From contig OZ249436.1 of NCBI GenBank assembly GCA_965235115.1, forward strand, positions 15,998,001 through 16,058,000: a DNA stretch of 60,000 nucleotides, read 5' to 3'. Source of the stretch: Laetmonice hystrix. Taxonomy: Eukaryota. The first letter of the stretch is position 1. The number at the start of each line of letters is the position of its first letter. Below are positions 40,701 through 55,100 of the stretch, in pieces. A model generated the notes under the pieces. The model searched no databases, was not told the DNA's origin, and saw nothing but the letters and a program-made list of their open reading frames with translations. The position numbers were made by a program, and so were the translations under genes.

Positions 40701-42920
40701 TCCCGAGCTGTAATTAAAGGCCTTATAGTTATTTGCAGAATAGCAGATAGTGTATCTTAGGCCCTAGTGGTACAATCATGCATTTTATATGAATGGAAGC
40801 CCACAGTGCACTATGATCGTCCTGGATCTCCTTATTCATTGAATGAACTATACGAGAGAGTGAATGGCACCCGTGTAACGGGTTCTTCCCCCATGATAAC
40901 TTTCCACGAAATGATTGGGCAGGTGGTTAGGGTTAAGGTCAAGGATAGGGATAGGATAGGGATATGTTTTGAGAGGTGTAGGGACTGGGGTTAGGGATAA
41001 GGTCAGGGCCATGGATCTTTACTTTCCACCAAATTTCGTGGGGTTTAAGTTATCATGGGCGATATACCGTGTAACGCCTAGTCGGTATCAAATGCCACCT
41101 TAAACTAAAGACTACAAATAAATCAATTGTGTTAGACTTAGTTTTCCCTCCTCTGGTGTTATGGGCTGTTGTGTTACGGACCTCTCGGTGTAGATGATGG
41201 AAGAGCGATCCGAGTCCAACCCGCTCATAAACCAGTACAAGACCGTCAAGACGGTTTGTCTGGCAGACCGCCATCAGCAGCAAGATATTCGGATGATGCA
41301 AGCGCCTTGAAAAACAAACATCTCACGCAAAGCGCCCGGACTGACAGTTTTATATGGATGCTATCTATATATTCACCTACATTAACTTGACATTTTTAAT
41401 AAGGTTCTATTGCCAACCCTAATTTAATGCCATTGACTATTGACGGATGGAGTACATGACTACGGATAGAAGATAGAAACTACCCTCGCCTATTATAGCG
41501 AAAACAAGTATAGGCTACATCGAACGTTGATCATCCTTTCTTAAAGACTTCGCAATATAAAGTGATAAAGTGATTGGCTATCTATAATATGTTAGAGATT
41601 AAAAAGAAAAAATATAGGGTGATTTATCTTGTGTGTATATTTTTGGACCGCAGTTGTACGTACGCCATGTATTCGTTTTCGGTGATGAGCAAATCGACGA
41701 CGCCACCTATAGGCCTATGTGGTCGTTTGTGTAGGCGCTTTGCCGTAACCTTGTTGTTGCACCAATGCATGCTGTGGTTATGACCAACAGTAAGGGATAA
41801 GTGTATGTGTTATGTGGTAACAGCTGACGAACTACTAACAATAAGGAAGAACAAAATAATCGGAAAAAGAGCTTTTGAACGTGAACTGCATATGTACCTT
41901 TCGTTGACCATGAAGGGACCGTTATCGTATGTGACGCCAAAAGCATCGTGATGCAAATCATTTTCTGGCACTAACGGTATTATTGCCATTACTCCAGCAC
42001 CTTCGCCTCTATTCAGACAGATCTGCATCAAATCATTTCACGTAAGCACATAGGGTAGCACGTTAAAAAATCTATAGATTAAGAATGTGTTCTTTGTTCG
42101 CAAGTCGAATAGGGAAGAGCATTGTTTTTAAGGAAATAAGGATTTAAGGAAATAAACACAGACGATCTTACTAAATTAGTTCTCTGGTATTGTAAAATTT
42201 CGTATAATTAACTTACTACCTTTCCAAATCCCAACGAATGAACAGAGGACTTCAAGTCAATATCCTTAGCTTGACGCCTTCCTTCTGTCTTTCCAGCCGC
42301 CCTTCGTATAAGATGTAACAGAGAGTGTGAACCTTCTGCCTTGTATCTTTTCAAAGGAAAACAAAAGTACCAGTAAGTAAGAACATGTATAAGATATTCT
42401 ACACACAATCTATTCGTCAAATACCATGGACAAGAAGATGATCGAACGACTTTTCGACAATTACATTGTATAGACATACGTTTCATAATATTCTCTGCTC
42501 TGTCTTTCTCCAACCAAGTCTCGTCCAGACTGTGTCAAGGCGAAAAGTTTGATCTTATCCAAGAAATCGAGCATTTTATCTCTCTTCTTGAGGTCACTTT
42601 GATACTTTGCCCAGTCATTGACAGACCGCCCCCTGCAGTCATGAAGACGCAGGTCGCCCCCGTACTGCACCAGTCTGCTGAGAATGATAATGTTTCCGCT
42701 GAATGCAGCAGCATGGAGTGGGGTGCATCCCCCCATACATTTCCTGAAATAAAGAGGGGAAAGAGATACATTACCAACAGGAGCGGATTCAGGATTGTGA
42801 AATGGGGGGGGGGGGGGTGAGAAGACGGGATCTGACAAAAAGGGCTCAACATGTTCAATTCAGAAAATTTTTTAAATGAGAAAACCCCAAGAGCAAGACT
42901 GCAAGAGGTCCCAGACGCCC

Positions 42921-42951
<31 letters not shown>

Positions 42952-43645
42952 ACATCCACTAGTTACTGAAAAATTACGTTTCTTTATCCATTCAATAAAC
43001 AATAAGAGTGGTTACAGAAAAAAATATAGATCTAATCGGTATTTCGTCATACTTACTTTAGTATCATTAGGACTACTAAAGTAGGCTACATACTTACACG
43101 TTGGGATTCGCTCCTTTATGTAGGAGGATATCTGCTATTCTTTGTCGGCCGTCATAACACGCGCAGAATAGAGCTGTTTGACCTCTGCTGTTAGGGTAGT
43201 CTATCGCTAAACCTAAATAAAGAAAGTTCCATAGTATGATAGGTCTACCAATTTTACATGTGTAACGTTAGCTTTCCTTCCAAAAATAGATCTAGTAGAA
43301 GTACAAGTGCACAGGAAAGTCATGGATGGATGATGGAAGACGGACCTCTTCAAGTTTATCAGTAGACTAAGTTAGCCTATAACAAGTTAGAAATAGTATT
43401 ATTAAAATTTAAAGACGCTGATACTGTCAGTGTCACAAGTGTCAGTGATAGGGTTAATGTCCACAACCTTTGTCCAGCAACTTTAGTAGTTTCCGTTTAT
43501 TCCCACGAACGGCTGCATCGTGCAGTGATACGCCAGGATCAACAGAAGATGCCTCGGTACTCTGCGAGGACATGGTCTGACTCTGAGACGAGCCTTTGAA
43601 GCTATCGTTGAAACTCTGCAGCAAACTTCGCATCAGAGATGCCAT
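34732..43645 (-). CDS. TEX14: TEX14-like ankyrin-repeat pseudokinase (multi-exon)
   Basis: Exons 43468-43645 ([21 protein letters not shown]), 43098-43212 ([17 protein letters not shown]) and 42480-42743 ([19 protein letters not shown]) encode ankyrins. These are followed by [84 protein letters not shown] and PPWNGL. Long low-complexity C-terminal exons run to a stop at 34732. C-terminal exon structure is less certain. Confidence 0.85.
35436..35732. mobile_element. hAT-like non-autonomous element, 5-bp TSD
   Basis: TIR cacggttcccac / gtgggaaccctg; TCTAA duplicated at 35431-35435 and 35733-35737; internal ggaaaagtca repeats. A related fragment lies at ~17005-17077. Confidence 0.8.
40866..41078. 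mobile_element. Small element with subterminal inverted repeats and a telomere-like core
   Basis: cccatgataact / agttatcatggg and ccacgaaat / atttcgtgg inverted pairs around degenerate (TTAGGG)-like repeats; ccgtgtaacg near both ends. Confidence 0.55.
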
Positions 43646-44844
43646 AATTTCTCCAATGGCTAGATGAAGATCTAGAATCTACTGCGGTCCGGTGAACTAG
43701 GCGATACAAACACTAAAATGTTATGAAGTAGTTTCACAATGCAAATGCAACACACTTTTTACACAGACAGGGCAATGGAATTGCCATTGGTAACAGCCTT
43801 GGCATTGAAAGTTTGCTAAAACTTGGCAAGCTTAGCTGGCATTATGTAGCTAGGCCTAGTTTACTTAGCTTTTGACTCAGGCCTAGGACTACTTTATTAC
43901 TTAGCGCTAACTAGGCCATGGAGGCCTAAATACTGGCCTTTTACTAAGTTTTAGCCAGTGGGCTACCTTACCGTCCTTAGTTAGGTTAGGACGGTCGTAG
44001 ACGTAGTAAACTGTACGTTAAAGAGCAATGTATAAGCTTACTTCCTATTCTTGCCCCCACCAGAAGTTCTATGTATCTCCTAGACGAAACATTAACTCTA
44101 CCGAAACAGAAAGTAAAGAGAAAATCATTTTAGATACGGTAGTCTACGACTACGTCAAGGCCTCCGCCTACGGCATCTCATCTCTCCGCGACGCTTGTTT
44201 TTCACTTCCTGTTGATAATGCGCCACCTGTTGGCAGACGTGTGAAACATTTGGTGGCGCTGCGAGCACCAAGCAGCTGACAACTTGACCGACAGGCGGCG
44301 ACTCAGTCTCACTGCCGCCGGGGGCTACAGGGCCGGTGCCGTACTATGGGCCTAGATCTAGATAGAGTCTGGGAGGCAGGGGTAGATTCTGGGAACTTCT
44401 GAAATCTACCCCGGGGTAGAGTCTGGGAACTACCCGGGTATAGTTTGAAAGGGGTATAGCCTATAATCTGGGAGCTTACACCGGTATACGTGGTGAGTCC
44501 ATCGGTAGCCGGAAGGTGGCAGTGCAGTCGGAGGCGCCGCTTCAGTCCAGTACGGTGGCGTTTGCCTGCAACATCTCTGTAATCTTTTTTTTACTTGGGG
44601 ATGGGATATCTGATGTAGAAAAGGTGTACAATGATTTCATTTGCCATTGTTAATTAAACCTTTACGGCAAACTGCCATTGGGACTACCTGACAACGTTGG
44701 CGGACGCTTACAGACGGTCTGTGGGGACACAGATTAGATGGGAGTATCGGTCGACCAAACGTATGGCCTGCCTCCTGGACAGTAAAGACATGGATAGATG
44801 AAGCATGAGGCGTCCCTACACTATACCGGCTACCGTTGTATGCA

Positions 44845-45067
44845 AGCAAACAGTACAGTGAGGCCAACAGTACAGGGGGCCAAACAGTACAATGAGGAGT
44901 CCCTTGATGGTACTGGCTGCCCTATAGATCTACCTTTATAAGCAAACAGTACAGTGAGGCCAAACAGTACTGTGAGGCCAAATAGTATATGGGAGGCCAA
45001 ACAGTACAGTGAGGAGTCCCTACATGGTACTGGCTGGCCTAATACCCAACCAAACAGTACAGTGAGG
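44845..45067. repeat. Degenerate ~19-bp tandem array with higher-order structure
   Basis: About eight copies of caaacagtacagtgagg(c), with a gagtccct..atggtactggctg spacer occurring twice. Confidence 0.8.
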
Positions 45068-46199
45068 TAGTGGAAATGAAAGGTAGAGTATAGGCGAGGG
45101 GCATCTACTCTTAAAATTTGGAGAAGATAGGCCTACTCAAATGGGAAACCTTTCACAACCATTTATCTGTAGCGAACGTACGTGACGGAAATGTTTTACA
45201 GTTAATAACATCTGGCCAAAAATGATAATTTTGGGGGCGTAATTTAAACGTGACATGTCAAAAATTAAGCAATTTCTCGCTTATCATTATCCTCTGGCTA
45301 CAGAGGCCCTGCAGTAGGCATCACACCTGGTAGCAACACGCCTGCTAAAAGCCTATAGCTGTTAGCTATCGTTGTGGGTTCCCCGTATTATAGTAGGCTT
45401 CGGATACCAACGCTCATGCATGTCTGGTAAAAATACCCGGGAAAGTTTTGATTTGGCCGACTCATTATTATGCACCCTTAATAGTGGCAGGCCCGGATCC
45501 AGACAGGCATGGGGCATAAAAAAAATAGGTGAAAAGGGGAAGAAAAAATAAAGAAAAAAAAATAAAGAAAGAAAAAAGAAGAAACAAAATATCCCCCATC
45601 CTCACATCCTCCCCAAAATCTTCATGGATCCGCTTCTGATGGCAAGGGGAGACGTTTTGTAGGATGTTTTCCAGTGAATTGGTAATTTCCTTTTCGAATA
45701 ATCCAAACACCGTAGATCGCACTTAATTTTAGTGCAAAGCTTCGAATTAACAATTTGATAATCTTGAAAAAAATCTAGAGCCCTATCATATAGATGGATT
45801 GCTGATAGGGGCCCAGACCTATACCTCTTACCTATGCCTACCTGCATGTTCTTAATCTAAATTTGGCCGATTCACGTATTCCTAGTTATATAGGCCTATA
45901 TACTTATAGTCTCTTCCATACCTCCATGGAAACGTAGGGTTCATACTGGCAGTCCGAACGCCGTGACGTCATGCATACACTCACCGTGGGAAGGTAGATC
46001 AGGCCGCGTGCAGCGACCACGCGTTCATTGTTGTCCGTGAACCTGCACCGAGCGGGCATGGAGGGCCGGCCGGCCGGGCTGCACCTATATGAACGGTATA
46101 TTAGCCTACATTTTTCACGTCAGTGAAAGTTTGGAGATAAACAATGCCGTAAGCCGGGATATAAACATTGCCATTTTGTGTGAGAGTAGTAGGTGAGAT

Positions 46200-49100
46200 A
46201 TGACATCGGAATTATATCACAAAGCCGCCCGAGATGGCTACCTGGATCTGCTTCGAGAGGCGACGCGCAAGGATGCCGACCGGCCGGACGAAGATGGCAT
46301 GACGCCCACCTTGTGGGCAGCGTTCCACGGTAATCTGGATGCGCTGCGTCTTCTCATCAGCCGCGGGTAAGTAGATCTATACACGCCACAGGGGCTAAAC
46401 GTCAGGCCTAGGCCTATACTGAAGGCTATCTCGGGGTTGGAATAGGTTGGGTCTTTAAGTTTGGAAGCTCTATTGATGTCTAAAGGCGATCTTGATCTTG
46501 CAGTTTGCAATAAATTGATATGTTAGCCCGCTGTCTCGTCCTGTTGGATGGAGCTGCCATGGGTGAGCCTTTTAAATGAAATTAAATAATTTTTCTCACA
46601 TTCAGTGAGATGACAGATCTCAGAGCAATAATATTGCAGGGGTATTCTGAAGTTTTCTTCTGAGGCAATAACAGCGGAAATGTTATTCATATAACAGCTG
46701 ACTCATTTCCTTGGACGACCACTACGGTGGGACAAGGGTCATGCCCAACCCCTGTGAAACGTGTAGTTCATTGCCCCGTCAGTATGGGGGTTCAGGTTAG
46801 GGTATATAAACACGCAGACCACTTATCTTCATATAGAGCCCACTCGCCACCGAGGGTTCCTAATTGGATATTTACTTTATACCTTCATATAGCCCCGAGA
46901 TAGGCATACCGCTATAGACTTTACCATGAAAGAGTCCATGTAGTATTTCTGATGAGGACTAATGATCAGTAGGAATAATGTTTAAATGTCTTGTACTAGT
47001 GACTAGAATTTATTTGATGAACTTAGTTTTAATGGCAAGAGAAACAACCTTCAGAGTTAGCATTGCGTTTTATATTTTGGCCTAGGTACTAGACCTATAA
47101 CTAACTTGTGATTCAGGATAATCAAATATTCACTGAAGCATCTAATCCTTAAAGTTAAAGCCTGATTCTCGTATTGTATGTAGCCTTGTCATTATTTCAG
47201 ATGGTTAGATGGGAAAAGTCCTCCCCTTGGCAAGTGTGCCAACTCTTTAATTGCTTGTATATTACCATGGCAACAGCTGTTTGTGAATAAACGAGGTAAT
47301 GGGCCTAGGGCCTAATTTATTCAAGGAAATCGATATGTGATGACGAATAAGCAAAGAATTAGGACCCAAGCGTCATATGTTTCTCTATGAGTTAGAGGTC
47401 ATAGAGCTTTATACTATTTAATATATGAGTAATAAAAATGCATTATATGTTCAGTTTGTTTTATCATTTTCCCGGATATAAGAAACCTATTTCGGTCCGA
47501 CTTCTGCCCAAAGTGGGCACCCGCATTCGGCCCCATGCAGGTGGGCCTGATTTGGGTAAGTTGATCTCCGGCGGCTACGTATATCCCATAACCTGCTGAG
47601 CCCGGCCGAATTGGGTCACATGTGGTCAAAGGGGGCCCATTTCGGACCCATGCAGGTGGGCCCCCGGACAAACCCAGCTGATGGGGCCGACATGAGTGCC
47701 CACGGCAGGCGGAAGTCGGACCGAAATGGGATTTCTTTCGGAGTTGTTAATTTCCCGTTATGTAAGGGACAATTGAGCCCATATGCACTCCATCTCTCCG
47801 CATCATTTCCCGCCTTCTCTATTCCTGACCGACCGTGCGGTGGCCAATAATCGTGACAAATATTGCACTACTGTTCGATAAAAGGACACTAAATAATAAA
47901 CAAATATGAGCATTTTTTTATTATGCAAACAATTTAAGGATCAATGTTTTAGTCATAGAAAGTTTGCCCTATATGGGAAGGAATAGATTGAGGTAGGCCT
48001 ATATACAGATTATAGACAGGACACACTATTTTTATAGATTATATGTTAGAGTATAGAAGGAGCTTATTGGGCGTTTTCGGAACTAATTTAAACGACTGCT
48101 TTCATTTTCATTTTTGGCCTGTGTTAGTGGAACACCTGATTCTGCCGTTAATATTTCACACGTCTAGATGAAGTAGGCAAGCAGTATTTGCCCTTCAAGC
48201 CGTTTACCAGTCATGTGTAACGTGGGCCACCTTTCGCGTATACTGAACTTGCGTTATTGAAACACAATATGTGAGAGATTTTCAAGACGTATACGGGATA
48301 TAATGTTTCCCTTTATTTGGAAACATGCCTCATCATATTCTCAATTGATTTATTGCTTTTCTCGGCAGTTTTTCTAAACGCTTCATGTTCCGAAACTTCT
48401 AGTAGGCCTATATGCACGGACCTGTTACGCAAAAGAAAGAAAACAAGGCCAGTTAAAATGAAGCATGCCAGGGTTGACCTCTTGGTCATGGTACAATAAA
48501 ATAATCTACGACACTCCCCCATACAGGAAGGAAATTAAAATATCCCTCTCGCTTTTTCAACCCGTAGACCGATACGTTTATGTGCAACCATGCACATGAT
48601 ATACACGTAATTTTGCCGATAATAATAGAGACATTGATTCGTGACTTTGGTTAATATTTGTACAGAACATTTTTACATTACTTACATATTAAGTCGCGTG
48701 TTGAGAAGGGTTTATAGGCCTAGAACATACTGGTACAAAATGTACCAGTATATTGTGTCCTTGAGCTGCCATTATAAATATCAGCAGCCTTTGGGTCATA
48801 AAATAGAAAGCGGGACAGTTACCGTCCATTAGAGGGTTGGTCTTGTTTTTTTTTTTTTTGTTTTTTTTTGGGGGGGGGGGGGTGCTGTTTGTTCGTTTGT
48901 TCTTGTGTGTGCTTGTTGTTGGTAGGCCTGTAGTCTTCAGTTTTCTAGATGTGAGGGTTAGTATATTTTTACCATAGGCGTATGGATTTCGCGAATAAGT
49001 ATCAATTAGAACCAACACTGTGTACAAATTAAAGTAGGGTAATTTAAAGTATCATTACCCCTCAAAATTGCAACCTCACAGCTGATGCGGATAACAAATT

Positions 49101-52100
49101 AAGGTGTATTCATCTATGAAATTAGTTTATTTTAGAATTCCGTTTAATAGTTTCCTGTAATAGGTTGGAGTACGAACTGACCTTGATAGCTCAAGTGGAA
49201 TCTCAGTGGGGGCATGCCCTGTTTAAACTGCAATTTAGCAGATGACATATGATAGGGTCAATTCAGTACTGGCGGTTTAAAGTTTCTGTGTACTTATAGT
49301 GTCCAGTGGGGGCTGTCTACTTTTACCTGACGGTTCTGAGTCTTATATTGACTGTAAACTCGAGGGACGATGATTATTTAATCTGCTGATATGATGGAGC
49401 GTGATAAAACGGGTTTGTTCATTCATTCTGCTACTTGAACGCAACGAGATTCCGTGAAAATTACTTAATTAAGGTAGTGTGAATTGTAGTGACTTGAAGG
49501 GCCATGAGAAGTGTCTCGCCGTGTTGTAACTCAAGTCGTAAGGGCGTTTGTAAAACGTTTTCTTTGCAGCTCGCAGTCAGCAAATAACTGATTTCCGTTA
49601 TGTGCCCAAGCTTGGAGACACCTAATTTGTTTTAGATACCTTTCCCTTCATGTATTTAATTGTGAAAGCATAAGAAGGTTTTTATACGTCACCAAAATAT
49701 AGTAGGCGAGATGGGCAGTTGGACCTTTCACCAAATAATGCAGTTCAATCAATGTCGATAGCACACAGCTGTTGCATCTACCTGTAACATGAGTTGATGT
49801 ATCTGAAAGAATTTTGGTAATGGAGCCAATGCAGAACGGGGGAATTGTTCTGCTATTACGTTGACTCTTTTTGCTAGGATTGCATGGAGAGGAACCTTTG
49901 AAGTAAGCCCCTAACCCCTAACAATATTGTTGCTCACTTTCTGCCGCGATTTCAACGTGACCTAAGATGGAATTGTGTCCCCTATTTGTTAGTCAATGTG
50001 AAGTTATATAGTGAAAAACTGTATAATGCAGTTGAGAAATGCTGGTAGTGTGCACAGACCTATATGTATATTGTGTTTGATAAAGTGCAGAAGTCATTTC
50101 CAACAGAAATGGGGAAATGGAATCACTAGTATATACCGGTAGTGGTATCCTACTACAAGTTTAGGCTAGGACTATACTAACACCAGGTTAGACCAACTCT
50201 GTAAATACATCCTACCAGAGGAATTCGTTTCATATTACTCCAATTGCCCCCCCTCTCACTCTCATTAATTAACAGCTATAGTGCGAAGGAGCCCTGTGAA
50301 GTAAGATCAAAGATCACATTCAAATACCCATGTTCAAATTATCAGACACAAAGCTGCATAAAACAAAAAAAATAATTGCCCTGACCAGAATAGGAGCTGC
50401 CGTCTCAAAGCGTACAACTTTAAGTCCCAGTATTCACAGTATTTAATACATCACAGTTTCAGGTATAATTTACAATAGTTTGATTAGATTTTAGCTGATA
50501 CGAAGCTCATCAAGTTTATGACTAGAGGTGGCCGCGCAGGTGGCAAATTATCCAAACGAGTGCAACTGTTTATACATATAATGTAGCATTGTATTCACAC
50601 ATGTCAGTTCTCCATCTTCCTGTGTGCCTGAAGCACTAAATGTTTTAAAGAGAATATACTATCACTGGTCAGGGTTTCCGCCAGAAAATTATTTTTGGAA
50701 ACGGACCAATGCGGCCCCCAAAGGCACCTCCCCCCCCCAAAAAAAAAACACCAAACAAACAAGGGTTTTAGATGCCGTTAGACATGATTTCCCGGCATCT
50801 CAGGGCGGGAAACCCACGCGTCAACTGTGCCGTCTTTCAATTAAGCCATTTTAGGCTAAGATGACATCAGTGAGACACTGGCCTGAGATGATCGAGACAC
50901 AAAATTTATGTCGGTACGTGTCTTTACCCTAGCATTTTTTAGGGGGGGGGGGGACGGAATTTTACCCTTTTACCCTCCTGCATGGCGGGAAACCCTGCTT
51001 CTGGAAAAAAAACAACTTTTTCCTGATAGAGTTGCTGGGCGTGTCTGTACCAAGCTAGTACGCCATTCGTACAATCTGTGACCTGACCGTCCAAACCGTA
51101 CAATGTCAGGCTCCACCGAAGTGTTTCTGTCACTCGACTTTGAAAAAATCCGGTACATCTGGTATAATTGATCATTTCTAAGACAGCATCCCTGAAATAT
51201 CCCTTAGTAATATCAATGTATTACCCAAAGGCGTGACGCCTATAATTAAACAATTGACAAGCGCACCAGGTGCTGGCGACAAAAGTGATGATGATAATCA
51301 AACGTGCACAGTTCGGTTGGAATGATACCACAGGCACAGGTCCATCTGTTGAATACGGGTCCGTATACGTACGCAGTCACTACGCTGCACCAGGATACCT
51401 TACCTCGTTAGGTTTTTTTTCGAATGGCCCGTCATACCATGTACATGTAGTTATACTGCCTGAACCTCATATTACTGCCTTATATAACAGAAAAAACGCA
51501 TCGTTAAACTGACATAACATTGCAACATAACAATATGATTTGCCTCCTTGAAGTTTTTTTTTATAAATATCAAGTCTGACTATAAAGTACGTATTATAGG
51601 GCCCTATAAATGTGTGGCAGTTATTGCCAGTAAAAAAACAGTATTCTCCAGCTTTGGCTATGGAGGCCAGGGAACTGGCCAACATAGGCTTACCTTGCAG
51701 TCTTATATAGCAATGTTTTAGTAGTCCATGGCTGTGTCTAGTGTGTGGTCGATGTATCAATGGTAATTCATTTTCAAGGACCATCTGAAGGGGCTGTAAA
51801 AGTTTTATAGTTGATACACCGCGTATTGTGGTCTGCCATACAGCACGACACAAGAGTTCACTAGGGTGTGCTATTGGCAATAAATAACGTATGACTACAC
51901 AACACTGCATAACATGGTAATTAGGCCTAAGCTACTTCCATTGTCTTGTCCACGTGACAGACTTGACCTGGAAATATGTTGCTTCAGGTTACACTTATAG
52001 CACAGGATATCATTTTTATAATGTACCAATATTTTAGTAATTCGCAAATACGCTGTAGACGTATCCACTTATAGCACAGGATGTCATTTTTATAATGTAC

Positions 52101-55100
52101 CAATATTTTAGTAATTCGCAAATACGCTGTAGACGTATCAACTCCTACAGATATATAGAATACTGTTGTTGCTCTCTGTTGTTTTTAAAGGCAATTTTGA
52201 AATTAAAGCATGATAAACGTGTCCTTGTCGATTATTGCTGCTAAGCTACTGTAGACCTATACAAAACAACATACATCTGTTTTAGATGATTGTATATAGA
52301 GAGCTAACCACGGAGACAGCAGACAAATATTAACTCCCTCTACATAACAATTACATGTACATAACAAACGGAAACTCTTGTTTCCCCCTATATTTAAATT
52401 TTAATCCATATAATCTTCCACGCATTGGTCCTGTTACGTACTCCCGGGGTTTGTTTTTTGTTTGTTGATAGATGAACCTTTCGAGGATGAAACAGTTTTG
52501 GTCGTGGATACCGTCCTGTTTCGTTTCTATGCACGCTATCGCACTTCGAATCAGTGATGTAGAACTGCCTTTTTTATGTCTGTGTACATATCATCACCCA
52601 GAATGGCTGACCATGCGATCGATGGCTTTCTAAGGTCATTATTTTGTGTGCAGCATCCTGCTTTACAGCCCTATATAAGGAAAAATACCAATGTGCCAGC
52701 CTACTTCATGGCGAATTTCCTGAACCTGCATAGATATATATTGTCAGCTAACGACCGGCAGGTGAAGGTGCGCCCATGATTGTTTAGGTCAAGCATCGTT
52801 GGGTCAAGATAGAGTTCATCGAGTGATTTATCAAAAAAGATGGCGGTAATATTGCTGGGAGGCTTGAGGGAGGCGCCGGGTTCTGGTGTAGCCCTCCGGG
52901 GTAGTGTCATCAGTTAATTGTGAGGCTGCGTGCCAGGGAGGATGTCAAGGAGGGTACCAGATGACCGGGTGCACCTCTAAGGAAGGGACCAGTTGACCCA
53001 GTATCTATCTTTGGATGATGATAATAATATTAGACCAATGTCAAGTCAACGAAGGAGCCAGGGGCCTGAAGCAGGTGAGCTGGCAGTAACTCATTCCATC
53101 CGACCAGTCTGACCCCTCTTTAACAAAGCACAAGCAGCCATGAAGAAAAAACTCATTCAGGTATGACATATACTGAGGGCCCTATAGAGATATCTCACCA
53201 TGCAGCGAAGGTTTTTATTTTTCGAAGAGGTTTCTTTATTATGGTGTTTTTGTATAACTGCATGATTAGGGTTCTTGCAGATTCCATGAAAAAGTATGGC
53301 ATGGCTTGGAAGAGTATAACTGCAGGAAACTTTCTAAAATATTTTACTTTTCTTTAAATATATCGATCGTAGAGATTCATAAATTAGGAGAATTCTTACA
53401 TATATTTAGTAGCTCAGGTTTTAAGCATAGTTACTACGGAATACCTGCTGAAAAACTTGCCGAAACTGTGGTTGAAGGCAGAGACGGTTCCGGATCAGCA
53501 TACCCACACCTATATACTTCGGTATACCGCTCAAGTCCTGTACGATCAATGGTATAGGACTGCTAATCATGCAGTGAACCAATAATTCATGAATCATTGA
53601 TCATGAGCATCGATAGAGGCACTGCTCTGTTAGAAAACTCTTGTTATACAGTTCCTCTTTGTCTAATCGTATTACACCACGGGGCAGTCAAGCATGACCT
53701 TTCTGGGGGAAGAACCTACCAAATACAGTTATGCCGACTCAATATTGCACCATGAGCAAAATTAATCAATATGTTTTTTTAATGTCACGATTGAGTAACC
53801 GTTTTAGAGCACTGCGTGGTTACATAATTTGTACCGACGTTATACGTAATTACGGTGAACGATCATGTTTCGTGGATCCGTGGTCGATTTTGGTCAGCGC
53901 TGCTATAGCTGACTGAGGTAGCATCAAGCCAGCATGCTGCCAGTATAACCTACCTTGACCCAGAGTGAGCGGCACTATGCGACCAGTATCCACAGTATGT
54001 ATATGGTGGGCGTATCTCTCTGTCTGACTGAACAGCAGTCAACCATTGGTGATTATCTGTGGGCCTTTATAATTGAAAACTGCATCTCTGCATACTGCAT
54101 TACCAGGGTGATAGATAACGTACATGCGTAGAATTATCCCAGAAGGTAACAAGAAACAAAACAAGCAAAAAATACCAAATACAACACACAAAAAGAAGAG
54201 CTACTCCTTGTCACAGTGCACAAGAAGTCAATCCATGGTAAGATCATCCATTGTAATTAGTTTCACAAAATTTGGAGGGAAAATAGGCTTATCAAAAATT
54301 GAATCGAACCCTAGCCTCTAACCCGTGTCCCAATCCCCCCCCCCCCCCCCAACCAACCAACCAACCAACGTATCCCAAATTTCATGAGCCTTTTTCCATG
54401 GGGAAATAACCAATTCATGTGTTGTGCCTTCAACCATAAAGGGGTGTCCATTGTGGTGGGACCCTCATCTCCTCAGGGATATCCTTTTCACGCGTGACAG
54501 CTCAGACGAGGAATGGCGTCAGATAGAAAGAATGTTCACACCGCCTAGAGCCGGGGTAAGCCCACTGTATGCAAACATACAGGAACACTCATGGACTGCC
54601 GAGTCACAGTTCTATATTCACGAGACAACCGCGGCCCCATGTAGGAGGTTCCCAGTATCAGGTTCAGTGTAGAGCATAAATACAATGCTGCCTGTCGGAA
54701 CAAAATATATGTGAGAGTTAATAAATCATTTATCATGCACCTGTGATAAAAGCCACATGTGAAGGACTGTTAATTGTTTTAACATGGCTCTTACAGACAT
54801 ACAGCCACAGCATCGATCGACCATAGCCCAGTTCATTGAATGCAGAGCTCTAGTATTTAGTCTCATCACCCATGCACTTTTAGTCTGGGCTTTTCCTTTA
54901 GCATCTCATCTTCAGAGAGAATTTGTAATCTGCAATTCACATGCAGTACGGTTGAAAGTTGCTGAGCATCAGGCTGTCCAGCATAATTATTGCATTGCCA
55001 TGAACATATAAGTCAAAAACTCTGTGCTTAGAATGTCTGGGAATGCACCTAGAGGATGAAATTTATTCCATGATGCCATTTCGCAACATGCATATCAATT

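Noticed and set aside
44845..45067. Repeat-spacer pattern superficially like a CRISPR array
   Set aside because: Eukaryotic context, spacers are themselves repeated or absent, and there are no cas genes.
51467..52910. Intronic ORFs of 147, 67 and 69 aa in USH1G
   Set aside because: No recognisable domain, codon bias or splice support.
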